Of a stretch of 64,000 nucleotides of DNA, positions 26,283 through 36,270 are shown in pieces. Numbering within the stretch: position 1 is the first letter of the stretch; each line of letters begins with the position of its first letter. The position numbers were made by a program, and so were the translations under genes. Location of the stretch: positions 1 through 64,000 of the IMG/VR virus record IMGVR_UViG_3300018891_000001; one strand, written 5' to 3'. Below the pieces are notes generated by a model that saw nothing but the letters and a program-made list of their open reading frames with translations, ran no database searches and had not been told where the DNA came from.

Positions 26283-26774
26283 ATGAGACAGGCATTTAGA
26301 AACGCCTTTTATCGTTCAGTCTTGAATCGGGCGACTCCCTATCAAAAAACCGACTTAAAAGAAAATGCGAAAGAGCTAAAAACGCACTTCAGAGAAATAG
26401 GAGAAACCGTCCGAAATCATGTCAGAGATAATTATAACCCCAAAGATCCTTTCTTTATGAAAGATCCTCAAGGACGCAACATTAATAACTTATGGACCGG
26501 ATACAAGCTCGGTGGAAAAGGAAATTTACTAGCTGCAGGAAGCATCTTAGGTGGAGGTACAATTATCGCCACCAATCCACGTCATTATCAATCTTTGTAT
26601 AATCAAGCATATTACATTCCAGCCATGAGCGAAGAATTGGATGTAGAATCATTGCCTTCTACACGAGCGGATGGAGTAGGATATCAAGCAGCAATAGGAA
26701 ACAATCCTATGTTAACTACATCAGGTGATTTGGTGTTTGCGATGCACAAAACTCGTCATACCGGTCAATTTTAA
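26283..26774 (+). CDS. Hypothetical protein with Gly-rich hydrophobic segment
   Basis: ORF track; LLAAGSILGGGTII. Confidence 0.75.
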   Translation: MRQAFRNAFYRSVLNRATPYQKTDLKENAKELKTHFREIGETVRNHVRDNYNPKDPFFMKDPQGRNINNLWTGYKLGGKGNLLAAGSILGGGTIIATNPRHYQSLYNQAYYIPAMSEELDVESLPSTRADGVGYQAAIGNNPMLTTSGDLVFAMHKTRHTGQF

Positions 26775-26787
26775 AGGAGGTGTATAA

Positions 26788-27228
26788 ATGGCAGGAGTTC
26801 AGCAATCACCTAACAATGCCGAAGGCCGTATTCATGAATTAAATAAAAAGGGGATTCGATTAGGTGGCGGTCTATTAAACTACGGTTTTATTGGTTTGGA
26901 TACGGCTTTGCGAATGAAGGAAGGAGAATCCGCTCCTGTGGCAGTAGGGAAAGCTCTCTTAACCAATGCAGCTTTATCATTGCTTCCGGGTGGTTTACCG
27001 GCTGCACTAGGAGTTATGGCTGTTGCCTCTGCTCCGGAATTGATGAATCAACTGGACCAAGCTGCCGGAGCTATAAATGCAAAGAAACGTCAATTTGGTG
27101 GGAACTTTCAAGAATCGGAATCTCAATTACGGATGATGCAACAGGGGTTATCTCGCATGCAAAATGCTCGGATGCATGCCGTTCGAAAAATGGCCAATCA
27201 TGCAAGAGGAGCACAAAAGGTGTATTAG
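26788..27228 (+). CDS. Hypothetical Gly/Ala-rich protein
   Basis: ORF track; glycine-zipper-like helices. Confidence 0.75.
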   Translation: MAGVQQSPNNAEGRIHELNKKGIRLGGGLLNYGFIGLDTALRMKEGESAPVAVGKALLTNAALSLLPGGLPAALGVMAVASAPELMNQLDQAAGAINAKKRQFGGNFQESESQLRMMQQGLSRMQNARMHAVRKMANHARGAQKVY

Positions 27229-27246
27229 AAGGAGAGGTGAAAAGAA

Positions 27247-27855
27247 ATGGCAGTTGCAAGCAATGAGCCTTATCAGCGAGTGTCACGAGATAATGGTGTC
27301 TTTGATGGAATGTTTATTGGCATGGCGGTTGCAGCAGGTGGAGCTAGTGCAGGTGTCTTTGGTGCTCGTATGAATTATAACGGCATTGATAAATCTGTGC
27401 AAGCAGCACAAGGCCGAATTAATGCAGGGCTAGAGGCACTTAGTAGTCGGGAGCAAAAGGCATTAGAACGATATGATAATAAGATTGATCGCATCATTAA
27501 CCGAGAGCGCACAGCAGGTGTGACCGGTAATGTAAATTCTCGTTTAGAGAGACGTAATCAAAAGAAATTAATGAACAATCCAAATATAGTAAATTTATAT
27601 AATAAGTATTTTGTAGAGAAGCCTCTTAATCGATTAGAAAGAAATCATCAAAAGACAATGGAACGAATTCGAACGGATTTTAATCGACTGGTTGAACAAA
27701 ATGCTCATTTTGAAGATCCTTCATATATCAATAATCAAAAAGCCAATCATATTTATCGCAAGCATATGGGCGGTTGGAAGAATGCCGCTATTATTGGAGC
27801 GAGTGCTGTGATTGGTGGTGGTATTGGCATGATTACAGACGCATTGATGGAATAA
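27247..27855 (+). CDS. SNxPxQR-family paralogue 1
   Basis: N-terminus MAVASNEPYQRV; two Gly-zipper hydrophobic helices at the ends. Confidence 0.75.
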   Translation: MAVASNEPYQRVSRDNGVFDGMFIGMAVAAGGASAGVFGARMNYNGIDKSVQAAQGRINAGLEALSSREQKALERYDNKIDRIINRERTAGVTGNVNSRLERRNQKKLMNNPNIVNLYNKYFVEKPLNRLERNHQKTMERIRTDFNRLVEQNAHFEDPSYINNQKANHIYRKHMGGWKNAAIIGASAVIGGGIGMITDALME

Positions 27856-27870
27856 TTTAAAGAGGGGTGA

Positions 27871-28278
27871 ATGACAGTGTTAGCAAGTAACCAACCATAT
27901 CAACGAGTAGATGATGGAGTTGGCGCAGGTCTTGTCACAGGAGCCATTCTTGGTAAGATGGCTCACGGAGCTGTAGGAATGGGACTTGGATATAAAGCTA
28001 TTCAAGCATCTGGAGGGATTGATGCGCTTACTGAAAGAACAACAAGGGATATGGAGCGTTTTCAAAGGATGACCAAAACTCCAAAACAACAAATGTTTGC
28101 AGGAATAAGGGTGGCAGATAGAGCAGCAAGAAAAGCTATTGATAGCATGGATGACGGGCTTCTTAAAAATGTTGCAAGAACCGGATATGGAAGTACGAAA
28201 CGTGCCATGATTTCCGGCGGTCTTAGTGTTTTAGCCGGAAGTATACTGGGAGCTAGTATTGATGCGATGAATGATTAA
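27871..28278 (+). CDS. SNxPxQR-family paralogue 2
   Basis: N-terminus MTVLASNQPYQRV. Confidence 0.75.
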   Translation: MTVLASNQPYQRVDDGVGAGLVTGAILGKMAHGAVGMGLGYKAIQASGGIDALTERTTRDMERFQRMTKTPKQQMFAGIRVADRAARKAIDSMDDGLLKNVARTGYGSTKRAMISGGLSVLAGSILGASIDAMND

Positions 28279-28291
28279 GGAGGGATCATAT

Positions 28292-28714
28292 ATGCCATTA
28301 GATAGTAATCGTCCAGTGCAAAGAGTAAATAATGGTGGAGATGGTATTTGGGATGGTGCTGGATGGGGGATAGTTGCTGGCACAGGAGCAACAGCCCTTG
28401 CTTATGGTGCCTCTGTTCACGGAGCTAAGCATCTCCGAGATTTGAATACTACGTTAACAGGCGTGAGACAAGGCAAATTGTATGAGAAGAATGCTCGATG
28501 GGCGGCATTTGGAAAACGCCATTATTCAGAAGCAGCATTACAAACCAAAGCTCTCAAAATGGAGCAACGAGCGGCACGAATGAATTCTATGTTAGGAAAT
28601 GTACAAAAAGCTGGTGATTTTGCATTCGGTTCGTCCAAGCGAGCTATCATTTCAGGGGCTACAGGATTGCTAGGTGGTATGATAGCAGGAACTATTACAG
28701 ACTCCATGAATTAG
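28292..28714 (+). CDS. SNxPxQR-family paralogue 3
   Basis: ATG 28292 after AAGGAGG; MPLDSNRPVQRV. Confidence 0.75.
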   Translation: MPLDSNRPVQRVNNGGDGIWDGAGWGIVAGTGATALAYGASVHGAKHLRDLNTTLTGVRQGKLYEKNARWAAFGKRHYSEAALQTKALKMEQRAARMNSMLGNVQKAGDFAFGSSKRAIISGATGLLGGMIAGTITDSMN

Positions 28715-28726
28715 TGGGTGATTTGG

Positions 28727-29131
28727 ATGTTAGTTTCTAATCAACCAATTCAACGTATTCATGCCCAAGAGGATAGTAATAGTACCTTGTACCGGAATAT
28801 AGGGGTTCATGTAGGATTAGGTGTTGCTATGCAAGCTGGACAAGAAATGACTCTTCAAACCTTATATCGAAGCACCAAAAATCCCAAATTAAAAGAAAGT
28901 CTCCGAACGGCTTTATATGTGGATTCAAACATTCAAGAGTCAGGTATCGTGAATCCCATTACAGGTACGAATTATTACGCCAAAATGAAAGAGGGAAAAT
29001 TGAAAAATCTTATCGGGAAAATTCCTGTGTATGGTCAAAGTACATTCAAAGGCCGTGCATTAGGTTATGGAATGGCAGTTGGAGGAGGAATACTGTCAGG
29101 AATATTACAGACCCAAATTACTAAGCAATAA
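28727..29131 (+). CDS. SNxPxQR-family paralogue 4
   Basis: MLVSNQPIQRI. Confidence 0.7.
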   Translation: MLVSNQPIQRIHAQEDSNSTLYRNIGVHVGLGVAMQAGQEMTLQTLYRSTKNPKLKESLRTALYVDSNIQESGIVNPITGTNYYAKMKEGKLKNLIGKIPVYGQSTFKGRALGYGMAVGGGILSGILQTQITKQ

Positions 29132-29142
29132 CGGGTGACAGT

Positions 29143-32100
29143 ATGAGTGTACAAGCCATTGAACTAACAGAAAGACAAATGGACGAATTAGAATCGGAGA
29201 TTCGAACGGATCCGGTAAAATGGGCATACTGGAAACTCAAAGATCCAAAAGGAAGACCGTGGAAAGCCCGTTGGTACCAAAAGAAAATCATTGACGGTAT
29301 TATGAAAGGTGATCGTCGAATTGCCGCTCGTATGGGACGACGGGTAGGAAAAACAGAAACCATGGTTGTCTTTTGTTTATGGTATGCCTTTCATCATAAA
29401 AATGCTCGCTTGCTAATTGTTGCTCCGTATGAGCATCAAGTCCGATTAATATTCATGCGATTATCAGAATTGGTGCGAGATAGTGATGAACTGCATCATT
29501 CTGTAACCATTACCAAAAATCCGTTTATTGCTTCTTTTGGAAATGGTTCTAAGATTATGGGGTTTACAGCAGGGGCCAACTCTGGTACACAAGCGGGTGC
29601 GAGCTTGCGTGGTCAGCGTGCCGATTGGATTTTTATGGACGAAGTCGATTACATGAGCCGTGAAGCGATTGACGCTACCATTGCAATTTCTTATGAAGAC
29701 CCAAAACGAATTGGAATTTGGGTATCTTCTACACCTACCGGAAAGCGAGATTTCTTCTATGAAGTTTGTACAAATCCTGATACGGGATACAAGGCTTATC
29801 ATTTCCCATCTCATGTAAACCCGGATTTTGATGAACGCATGGAAGGCGAGCTTCGTGCAACGATGACCGTACAAGGTTATATTCACGAAGTTGAAGCGGA
29901 GTTTGGAGAAGAAACCATCGGAGTATTTAGCAAATCAGCGGTAGAGCGAGCAAAATCGCAATATCTTTACAGTTATCGAGAATTAAACGTGTGGGAGAAG
30001 GAACAGTACAAAAAACAGGGCTACAACATAGATGACATTATCTTCTTCCCGGAGTATACTAAAAGAAATCCAGCCCCTCCTGCGATTCGGGTTGTAGGGG
30101 TAGACTGGGATAAAAACGCAGCTTGCTAAGTAAATGGGTGGTATGATGCTCATATGCTAAGATTCCACTCAAAAGAGAATCTCATTAAGCTATATGAGTA
30201 CATGTATGAAAATCAGACAGTATGCTTACCAAGAAAGTTAGAAAAATATCATGAAGCATTAGCAAGATGCAATTATTGTCCCCTTCAGGAGTAATCCTGT
30301 CGATATAAACCGGGTGAATTGCTGGAATCCCCTTAGAGCCAATTTGACCACAACGTAAGGATGAAATAAGCCTAAACGTGACGGTTTGAAAACAAATTGG
30401 ATTGGGTAATCAGCAGCCAAGCTCCGAACAGGAGAAGGTTCAACGACTATCTCGTAAGAGAGTAGGGTTCAAGTGAACTCGAAGTGCCCGGCCCCTTTTA
30501 CAAGAGGGTGATGATATAGTCTGAGCTTACATGAAAGTGTAAGAGGGTTGTCGGAAACGGGCAATCCGTAACACAACTGAAATATGCAGAAGCTACTCAA
30601 ATTATTGTTACAGAATTTGATGAGTTATTAAAGAAATTCCGAGTAGCAAAGAGATATGAGATTCCTCGTGGAGATTTTACGTACGACAATGCCGTACAAA
30701 AATTAATTGAAATCAATGAAATTTGGAATCCAAAATTCTATTACATTGATGCGGGGCATGGTAATGTAGCATAATTTGTTTTCACCCTGTATAATCAAAT
30801 TATTAACAAAAAAGGGTGAGAGATTATGTTTCCTGAATGGTATCAAGAAGCAGAAAGATTATATGTAGATGAAAAGCTTTCTTATACAAAGATTGGACAA
30901 ATACTTGGTGTTGGAAGAAAAACAGTAAGCCACTATTTGCGAAAAGGTGGACATGAATCGAATTTAAAATTTTATCCTAATGTAGACCACAGCAAGTATA
31001 GAAAGTATCAAATTGACGAATCAGTTTTTGAAACCATAGATACAGAAGAAAAAGCATACTGGCTTGGAATGTTATATGCTGATGGCAATGTGTCTGATCG
31101 TTCAAATGATATAGAAGTCACTTTACAAGCAGAAGATTATAATCATCTGTTAAAGTTAAGGGATTTCTTTAAAACTGATAAACCCGTCTACAAAAAGGAT
31201 AAAAAGAAATACGATAAAACCTATGAAGGTTACAGGCTTATTATTTGTAGTAAGAAAATCAAACAAGATTTGATTCGATTAGGTTGTTTACCTAGAAAAT
31301 CACATATACTTCAATTTCCTACAACAGAACAAGTCCCAGAACATTTGATGTCTCACTTTGTGAGAGGATATTTCGATGGCGATGGTTGTATTACATTTGC
31401 TAATAAAGGAGTTACATTAGTCATTGAGTTATTAGGGACAGAAGATTTTCTTACTCAATATTTAATTTGGTCTGAAAGAAATCATCATCGCATTCATGAT
31501 TTTAAACATTCGAAGGAAACCAAAAGAGTCCAACACTTTGGTGAAGAAGCTAGATTTATATTAAATCGCTTATATGTAAATGCCAATGTGTATCTTGAAA
31601 GGAAATATAATCTTTATAAAAATTATGCATTGCCGTCTAATGGGGAAACTCATTAGAGTATCAGAGCGGAATGAAGCGGGAAAGCTGAGATGCTAACCCG
31701 AACCGAAGGCTAGGCAAATCCTAGTCAGGGGCAGAGCATAGGAGCTGACCGGTAACAGGAATAACGCTCCCACGAGGCCGCTCCACCCAAACCGTCAAGG
31801 TCGGTGGGTGAAAAGGTATGCCGAGCTTGCGGGAAATGAACCGTAAGAAGTAGAGGATAAAAAGCCTTTACGATAACAATACTGGAGTATCAAATTGAAA
31901 TGCTTCGAAAATATGGACGAGATAATCCAGAAAGCGGCATGCTTCAAAAGGTGAAACGAATCCATTTCTCTGAGAAAATTGAAATTCGTGATCCTGGTAC
32001 AAGAGAAATTGACAAAAAAGATGTCAAAAACTTTATGGTTAATCAAACTAGTATTCTTCTTGAACGGGATCAATTGGTGTTATCACCGTTTGACGATATG

Positions 32101-32502
32101 GTGTGGAAGCAAATGATGGATTATCAAGTTGTTCGAATTTCTCAAAATGGTAAGCCAATTTATACATCGGAAAATGAGCATGCATTAGATGCGCTCATGT
32201 TAACGATTTTAGGATTTACAATTGAGTTTCCGAACATCACAAAAATTCTTGAAGAAATCAAAGTAGCACGAAAGGTGTTACCATTTCAAAATAAAATTCA
32301 AGAATCTCTTCAGGAAAAAGTGTTTGGCGGAGAACGGGATGTTTATCAACCTATTAAATCAAAACCGGAAAGAGAAGAGAAAGATAATCCTCGTTGGCAC
32401 TGGCAAAAGGTTGCTTTAGGGTATTCAAAAAGAAAAGTTACCGCTAATCCGTGGGGACGGGGGCAAGCAAAAGGAATAGGTTTGTCACGGTCTAAGTTTT
32501 AA
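29143..32502 (+). CDS. terL: Terminase large subunit; spliced exons 29143-30111, 30580-30762 and 31885-32502 (589 aa)
   Basis: Walker A GRRVGKT, Walker B FMDE, SSTP; exons join in frame as GVDWD|KYAEATQ and YIDAGHG|EYQIEM; C-terminal EHALDA nuclease motif. Confidence 0.92.
30112..30579 (+). mobile_element. Group I intron 1 (468 nt)
   Basis: Exon ends in U, intron ends in G; P1 GGGAU pairs with GUCCC 30278-30282; core GGTGAATTGCTGGAA, AATCAGCAGCCAAG, GTTCAACGACTA and GATATAGTCTG. Confidence 0.92.
30130..30294 (+). pseudogene. Remnant C-terminus of a LAGLIDADG homing endonuclease in intron 1
   Basis: 54 codons ...LIKLYEYMYENQTVCLPRKLEKY..., comparable to LNRLYVNANVYLERKYNLY at the end of the intron-2 endonuclease. 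Confidence 0.65.
30763..31884 (+). mobile_element. Group I intron 2 (1122 nt) carrying a homing endonuclease
   Basis: U|...G boundaries; 10-bp P1 AUGGU|AAUGU pairs with GCAUUGCCGU 31627-31636; variant P7 GCAUA/UAUGC. Confidence 0.9.
30826..31656 (+). CDS. Double-motif LAGLIDADG homing endonuclease with N-terminal HTH
   Basis: AYWLGMLYADG and HFVRGYFDGDG; HTH-like LSYTKIGQILGVGRKTVSHYL. Confidence 0.9.
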   Translation: MFPEWYQEAERLYVDEKLSYTKIGQILGVGRKTVSHYLRKGGHESNLKFYPNVDHSKYRKYQIDESVFETIDTEEKAYWLGMLYADGNVSDRSNDIEVTLQAEDYNHLLKLRDFFKTDKPVYKKDKKKYDKTYEGYRLIICSKKIKQDLIRLGCLPRKSHILQFPTTEQVPEHLMSHFVRGYFDGDGCITFANKGVTLVIELLGTEDFLTQYLIWSERNHHRIHDFKHSKETKRVQHFGEEARFILNRLYVNANVYLERKYNLYKNYALPSNGETH

Positions 32503-32740
32503 AAATGGATAAAAATATTTTTTATTTTTTATGAAAATCGGAAAGAAAAAATAATTTCATAAAAACTTTGGGAATGCCGGAAGTAATGCGTTGTCCCTGT
32601 TGCAACCTTTCACGTTGTAAACAGGTGGAAGGCATAAATACCCCCTGTATCCTTTTTTCTTTGGCTTGGCTCATCTTTCATCTCTTTCCCTTGCCCCTGC
32701 GGAAACGCAGGGGTTACATATTGTTTAGGGAGGTATAGTA

Positions 32741-34012
32741 ATGTCAGAATCATTTGATCAGTTATACGGAAAAAAAGGAATTGATACGTCGTATGAGCGT
32801 GAAACATTTACATATCGTCCAACATGGAAATATGAAAAGAAAGATCTAGACCAACTATTAAGAGAAGAAATCAAGCAATCCATTGAACGGGCACGCACGT
32901 TTACCATTGCCCAAAACCTTTTAGAATATGATGAGCTAATTGCTGATATCGGACAAATGTTACGAGATTTAGAATCTCGAAATCCAAAAGAAAAAATAGA
33001 GAAACTTAAAGAACACTTATCTCAAAAAGATTACCGAGCCCTTTTTGCATTTGAACGAGAACATAGTAGCTATCAGGATACGGGTGATTACGAATTATAT
33101 TCACTGCTTTTTCATATGAAAGAATCTCTTCAGGTTCGACGGGATTTTATAGATCGGCATTTTCGTACACAAATTACCCATGAAACTGAAATTAAAAAAA
33201 TTGAAGAAGCAGAAAGAAAATCCATTGAAGAGTGGGAATATCTTGAGGCAAAGGTAATGGAAGGATATGCCCTGTTAGCTCAACAAGATGAAGACGAAAT
33301 TCACCCAGCAGATGATACGTCTTTATTTATCAATACGCATGAGTTGAATTACGAAATATTAGAAGACTGGGAAAAACAAAAACGTAATCGAGAATTGTTG
33401 CACACATCTTTGGCAGATAGTTCCTATGTGCATCGAAATCGTTATTTTATGTTTTTAGAAATTGTAGAAAAAGCCAAAATCCTCGTTTATTACCCAACAC
33501 AGTTAATCGATAAAAATCTCAAAGAATTCATTTTAAGCTTAGGTGATTTGTCAGATTTTTCATCCCCAAAAACTCATTTGATTTTACAGTTTCGAAAAAT
33601 TCGAGAACGTCATGATTCCTTGAAAGGGAAAATGATGACGATTGATGATGAAAAAGAGACATTTGCTTCTGAGAAACATTATCTGTACCAACAAATTGAA
33701 ACAAAAACGATTGAGCCTTTAAAGCAATGGTTACATGAACAGCAAGAGAATATTAGTGGAGCTTTAGATTTATTCTCGCAATATATGGTATCTTCCATGA
33801 AGGAAACTCGCCAGTCTTATGAGCAAATCCTAGCAGATTTATTGAATTTTTATAAATCAGAAGCTCACTATTATGAACAACAAATTTACTTTTTAAGAAA
33901 AAAAGAAGAAATCCGCAAATTTTACAGAATTCTTGAGGATTTAGAAGATGTAGAGAAAATTCATAAGGAATGGGTGGAAGAGTACCTCAAGGTGAACGGA
34001 TATAGCGTGTGA
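32741..34012 (+). CDS. Hypothetical alpha-helical protein, 423 aa
   Basis: ORF track; AGGGAGG RBS. Confidence 0.8.
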   Translation: MSESFDQLYGKKGIDTSYERETFTYRPTWKYEKKDLDQLLREEIKQSIERARTFTIAQNLLEYDELIADIGQMLRDLESRNPKEKIEKLKEHLSQKDYRALFAFEREHSSYQDTGDYELYSLLFHMKESLQVRRDFIDRHFRTQITHETEIKKIEEAERKSIEEWEYLEAKVMEGYALLAQQDEDEIHPADDTSLFINTHELNYEILEDWEKQKRNRELLHTSLADSSYVHRNRYFMFLEIVEKAKILVYYPTQLIDKNLKEFILSLGDLSDFSSPKTHLILQFRKIRERHDSLKGKMMTIDDEKETFASEKHYLYQQIETKTIEPLKQWLHEQQENISGALDLFSQYMVSSMKETRQSYEQILADLLNFYKSEAHYYEQQIYFLRKKEEIRKFYRILEDLEDVEKIHKEWVEEYLKVNGYSV

Positions 34013-34019
34013 GCGGGTG

Positions 34020-34033
34020 TGTAATGCATTACA
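34020..34033. promoter_or_regulatory. Palindromic operator-like site TGTAATGCATTACA (perfect), upstream of portal
   Basis: Occupies the -35 position of TATAAT 34043-34048. Confidence 0.65.
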
Positions 34034-34110
34034 AGAATCATGTATAATAACTGTGAATTACATTATTTGACGAAAAACAGATAAACAAGAAGGAAAAGGG
34101 GGTTTCATTC

Positions 34111-36270
34111 TTGGCGAAACTCTGGAATCGGTTGATTAAGAATTTTACGCTCAAGAATGCTCCCTCTGGCGGTAAGTCTAGTGGTGGGGTAGGAGCAATT
34201 AATCGTGATCCTAAAGCCATGCAGGTAAAGCGAGTGGGTTATCAGTTATCCAATGGAGCTAGTGGTGGTGGTCGAGAGAACTTTGAAGGACCAGAAGCAG
34301 ATTTTAATCTGATCGATACCGCCATTAAAAGAGACTCCTATGTTATGCAAACGATGATGAAATATGGTGAGCTCATTTTTAAAAGTGGTTGGTATTTTAA
34401 AGGGAAGAATGAGCAAGCTTTGCAATATTTAAAGCTTCGTTTAGAAATGATGGCAGTAGCAACAGGAATACCAACGGAATCGTTATTCCAAGGTATTGCT
34501 GATGATATCGTACGTTATGCCAATGCATTTCTTGTGAAAGCTAGAGCTAAAGGAGGAAAAGGATTACCTCCTGGGCTTTCAGCTATACCGATTCCTCCCG
34601 CAAGAGAACCAATCGCCGGCTATTTTCGGCTTCCTCCGCATACGATTACGATTGCGAGAGATCAAAACGGCAATATTCTGAAATATAGACAAGAAGTGCA
34701 AGGTGCGGAAAAGCCGATTGATTTCCGACCGGAGGATATCATTCATATTACTGTTAACCAACCTGTAGGGCGACCATTTGGTGATCCGTGGATCGCTCCT
34801 GTGTTAGAAGATGTAAGGCTGCTGCGTAAAGTAGAAGAAAATGCAGCTCTCCTCTTGTATCGACATATCTTCCCACTTTTGGCTTACACAGTTGGTATTG
34901 ATAAGCCGGGTTATGAAGCAACCGATGACGAACTTGAAGAACTTCGTAGTGTTATTGAGAATATACCGACAGATGGGGCGATTGTTCTTCCTGAGCGTCA
35001 TAAAATCGAAGCAATCAAAATTGATACCATTGACGGAAAGCCATATTTAGAATATTTCGAACAGCGTGTATTTACGGGCTTAGGAATGAGTACGGTTGAC
35101 ATGGGTCGAGGTGATACGGCTAACCGAAATACTGCTGATGCAATGGGTGGTATCAAAGCTGATCGAGTAAAGGGATGGCAAAAGGCTCTCCAAATTCAAA
35201 TTGATAAATACATTGTAGATGAGATTCTGGTGGAAGGCGGATTTGATCCGCTAGTGAATCCTGAATTTGATGTTAATTTTGTGTTTGAGGAAATCGAACA
35301 AGAACGCAAAATCGCCAAAGAAAATCATGCCATATTGAAATGGAACTCTAACCTTGCAACATGGGAAGAAACCCGTGTGGAATTAGGTTATGATCCAGTT
35401 GCTGATGAAAGTCGATTACATTATCAAATGATTGCAATGGCAACAGCAGAACATGCAAATCAATTAGCAATGCAGGCAACAACAGCAAAGGAAGTTGGCA
35501 ATAAAAATGCACCAGAAAATCAAAATGGGAAGCGTTCAGGGCCTAAACGAAGTACAGAAGCTCTTGAAGAATCGGTTTTTAATCATTTGCCCGTTAAACA
35601 ATATCAGAAATTGCAAGAATCACTTGCTATGTTTTACCGGGAATTAGAAGAAGATGCGATTCAAATCGTGCAGGCCTATGTAGAAAAGAAAGTCTTTCCG
35701 ATGAAAGAGCCAAAAGAATGGCTATCTTCCTTTCATTTCAGCAAAGATAAAATGCTTCGAGTTATACAGCAAAGCACTCAATCCGCTTTGTCAGAGGGTG
35801 TTACAAAAGCACGAAGCGATATAGGACGTAACGATTATCCGGGAATAAATTCGAGAAAGGCATTGCAAGTTATTAGGCAATATGCTTCGGAGTCTTTAGA
35901 ACAATTAGAGGCATTTTTAAAACAATCTTTATCAAAAAAACTGGAAAACTCTCAAAATACAGAGGATGCGTTATTAGCGATTAAAGGTATTTTTACTACA
36001 ACTAAACATCGAATGACGTTCTTGAGTAAAACATTATTAGCCAAATCTTACAATTTCGGTTATGCCTTAGCATTGATGAAGTACGGGGAAGAGCAAGTGA
36101 AACCTGTATATGAGGGTACTTGTTTAACCTGTCAAGAAAAAGCGTCGCAACTCATTTCACTTCAACAATTTTCATCACTTGATGAAATTGCTATATTCTA
36201 TCGCATTCCACCATGGCATCCAAACTGTGAATGTCCTTTAGAAGTCGTTAAGGGAGGTGAAACAGAATGA
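34111..36270 (+). CDS. Portal protein with C-terminal MuF-like domain
   Basis: Position after terL; DIIHI...FG.P.I.P..D portal-like segment; C-terminal PPWHPNCECP (MuF/head morphogenesis signature). Confidence 0.8.
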   Translation: MAKLWNRLIKNFTLKNAPSGGKSSGGVGAINRDPKAMQVKRVGYQLSNGASGGGRENFEGPEADFNLIDTAIKRDSYVMQTMMKYGELIFKSGWYFKGKNEQALQYLKLRLEMMAVATGIPTESLFQGIADDIVRYANAFLVKARAKGGKGLPPGLSAIPIPPAREPIAGYFRLPPHTITIARDQNGNILKYRQEVQGAEKPIDFRPEDIIHITVNQPVGRPFGDPWIAPVLEDVRLLRKVEENAALLLYRHIFPLLAYTVGIDKPGYEATDDELEELRSVIENIPTDGAIVLPERHKIEAIKIDTIDGKPYLEYFEQRVFTGLGMSTVDMGRGDTANRNTADAMGGIKADRVKGWQKALQIQIDKYIVDEILVEGGFDPLVNPEFDVNFVFEEIEQERKIAKENHAILKWNSNLATWEETRVELGYDPVADESRLHYQMIAMATAEHANQLAMQATTAKEVGNKNAPENQNGKRSGPKRSTEALEESVFNHLPVKQYQKLQESLAMFYRELEEDAIQIVQAYVEKKVFPMKEPKEWLSSFHFSKDKMLRVIQQSTQSALSEGVTKARSDIGRNDYPGINSRKALQVIRQYASESLEQLEAFLKQSLSKKLENSQNTEDALLAIKGIFTTTKHRMTFLSKTLLAKSYNFGYALALMKYGEEQVKPVYEGTCLTCQEKASQLISLQQFSSLDEIAIFYRIPPWHPNCECPLEVVKGGETE

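Noticed and set aside
29464-29886. Antisense ORFs inside long genes (also 24650-24973, 53935-54372, 60188-60637 and most short opposite-strand ORFs in the track)
   Set aside because: Shadows of the coding strand, lacking RBSs and protein-like composition
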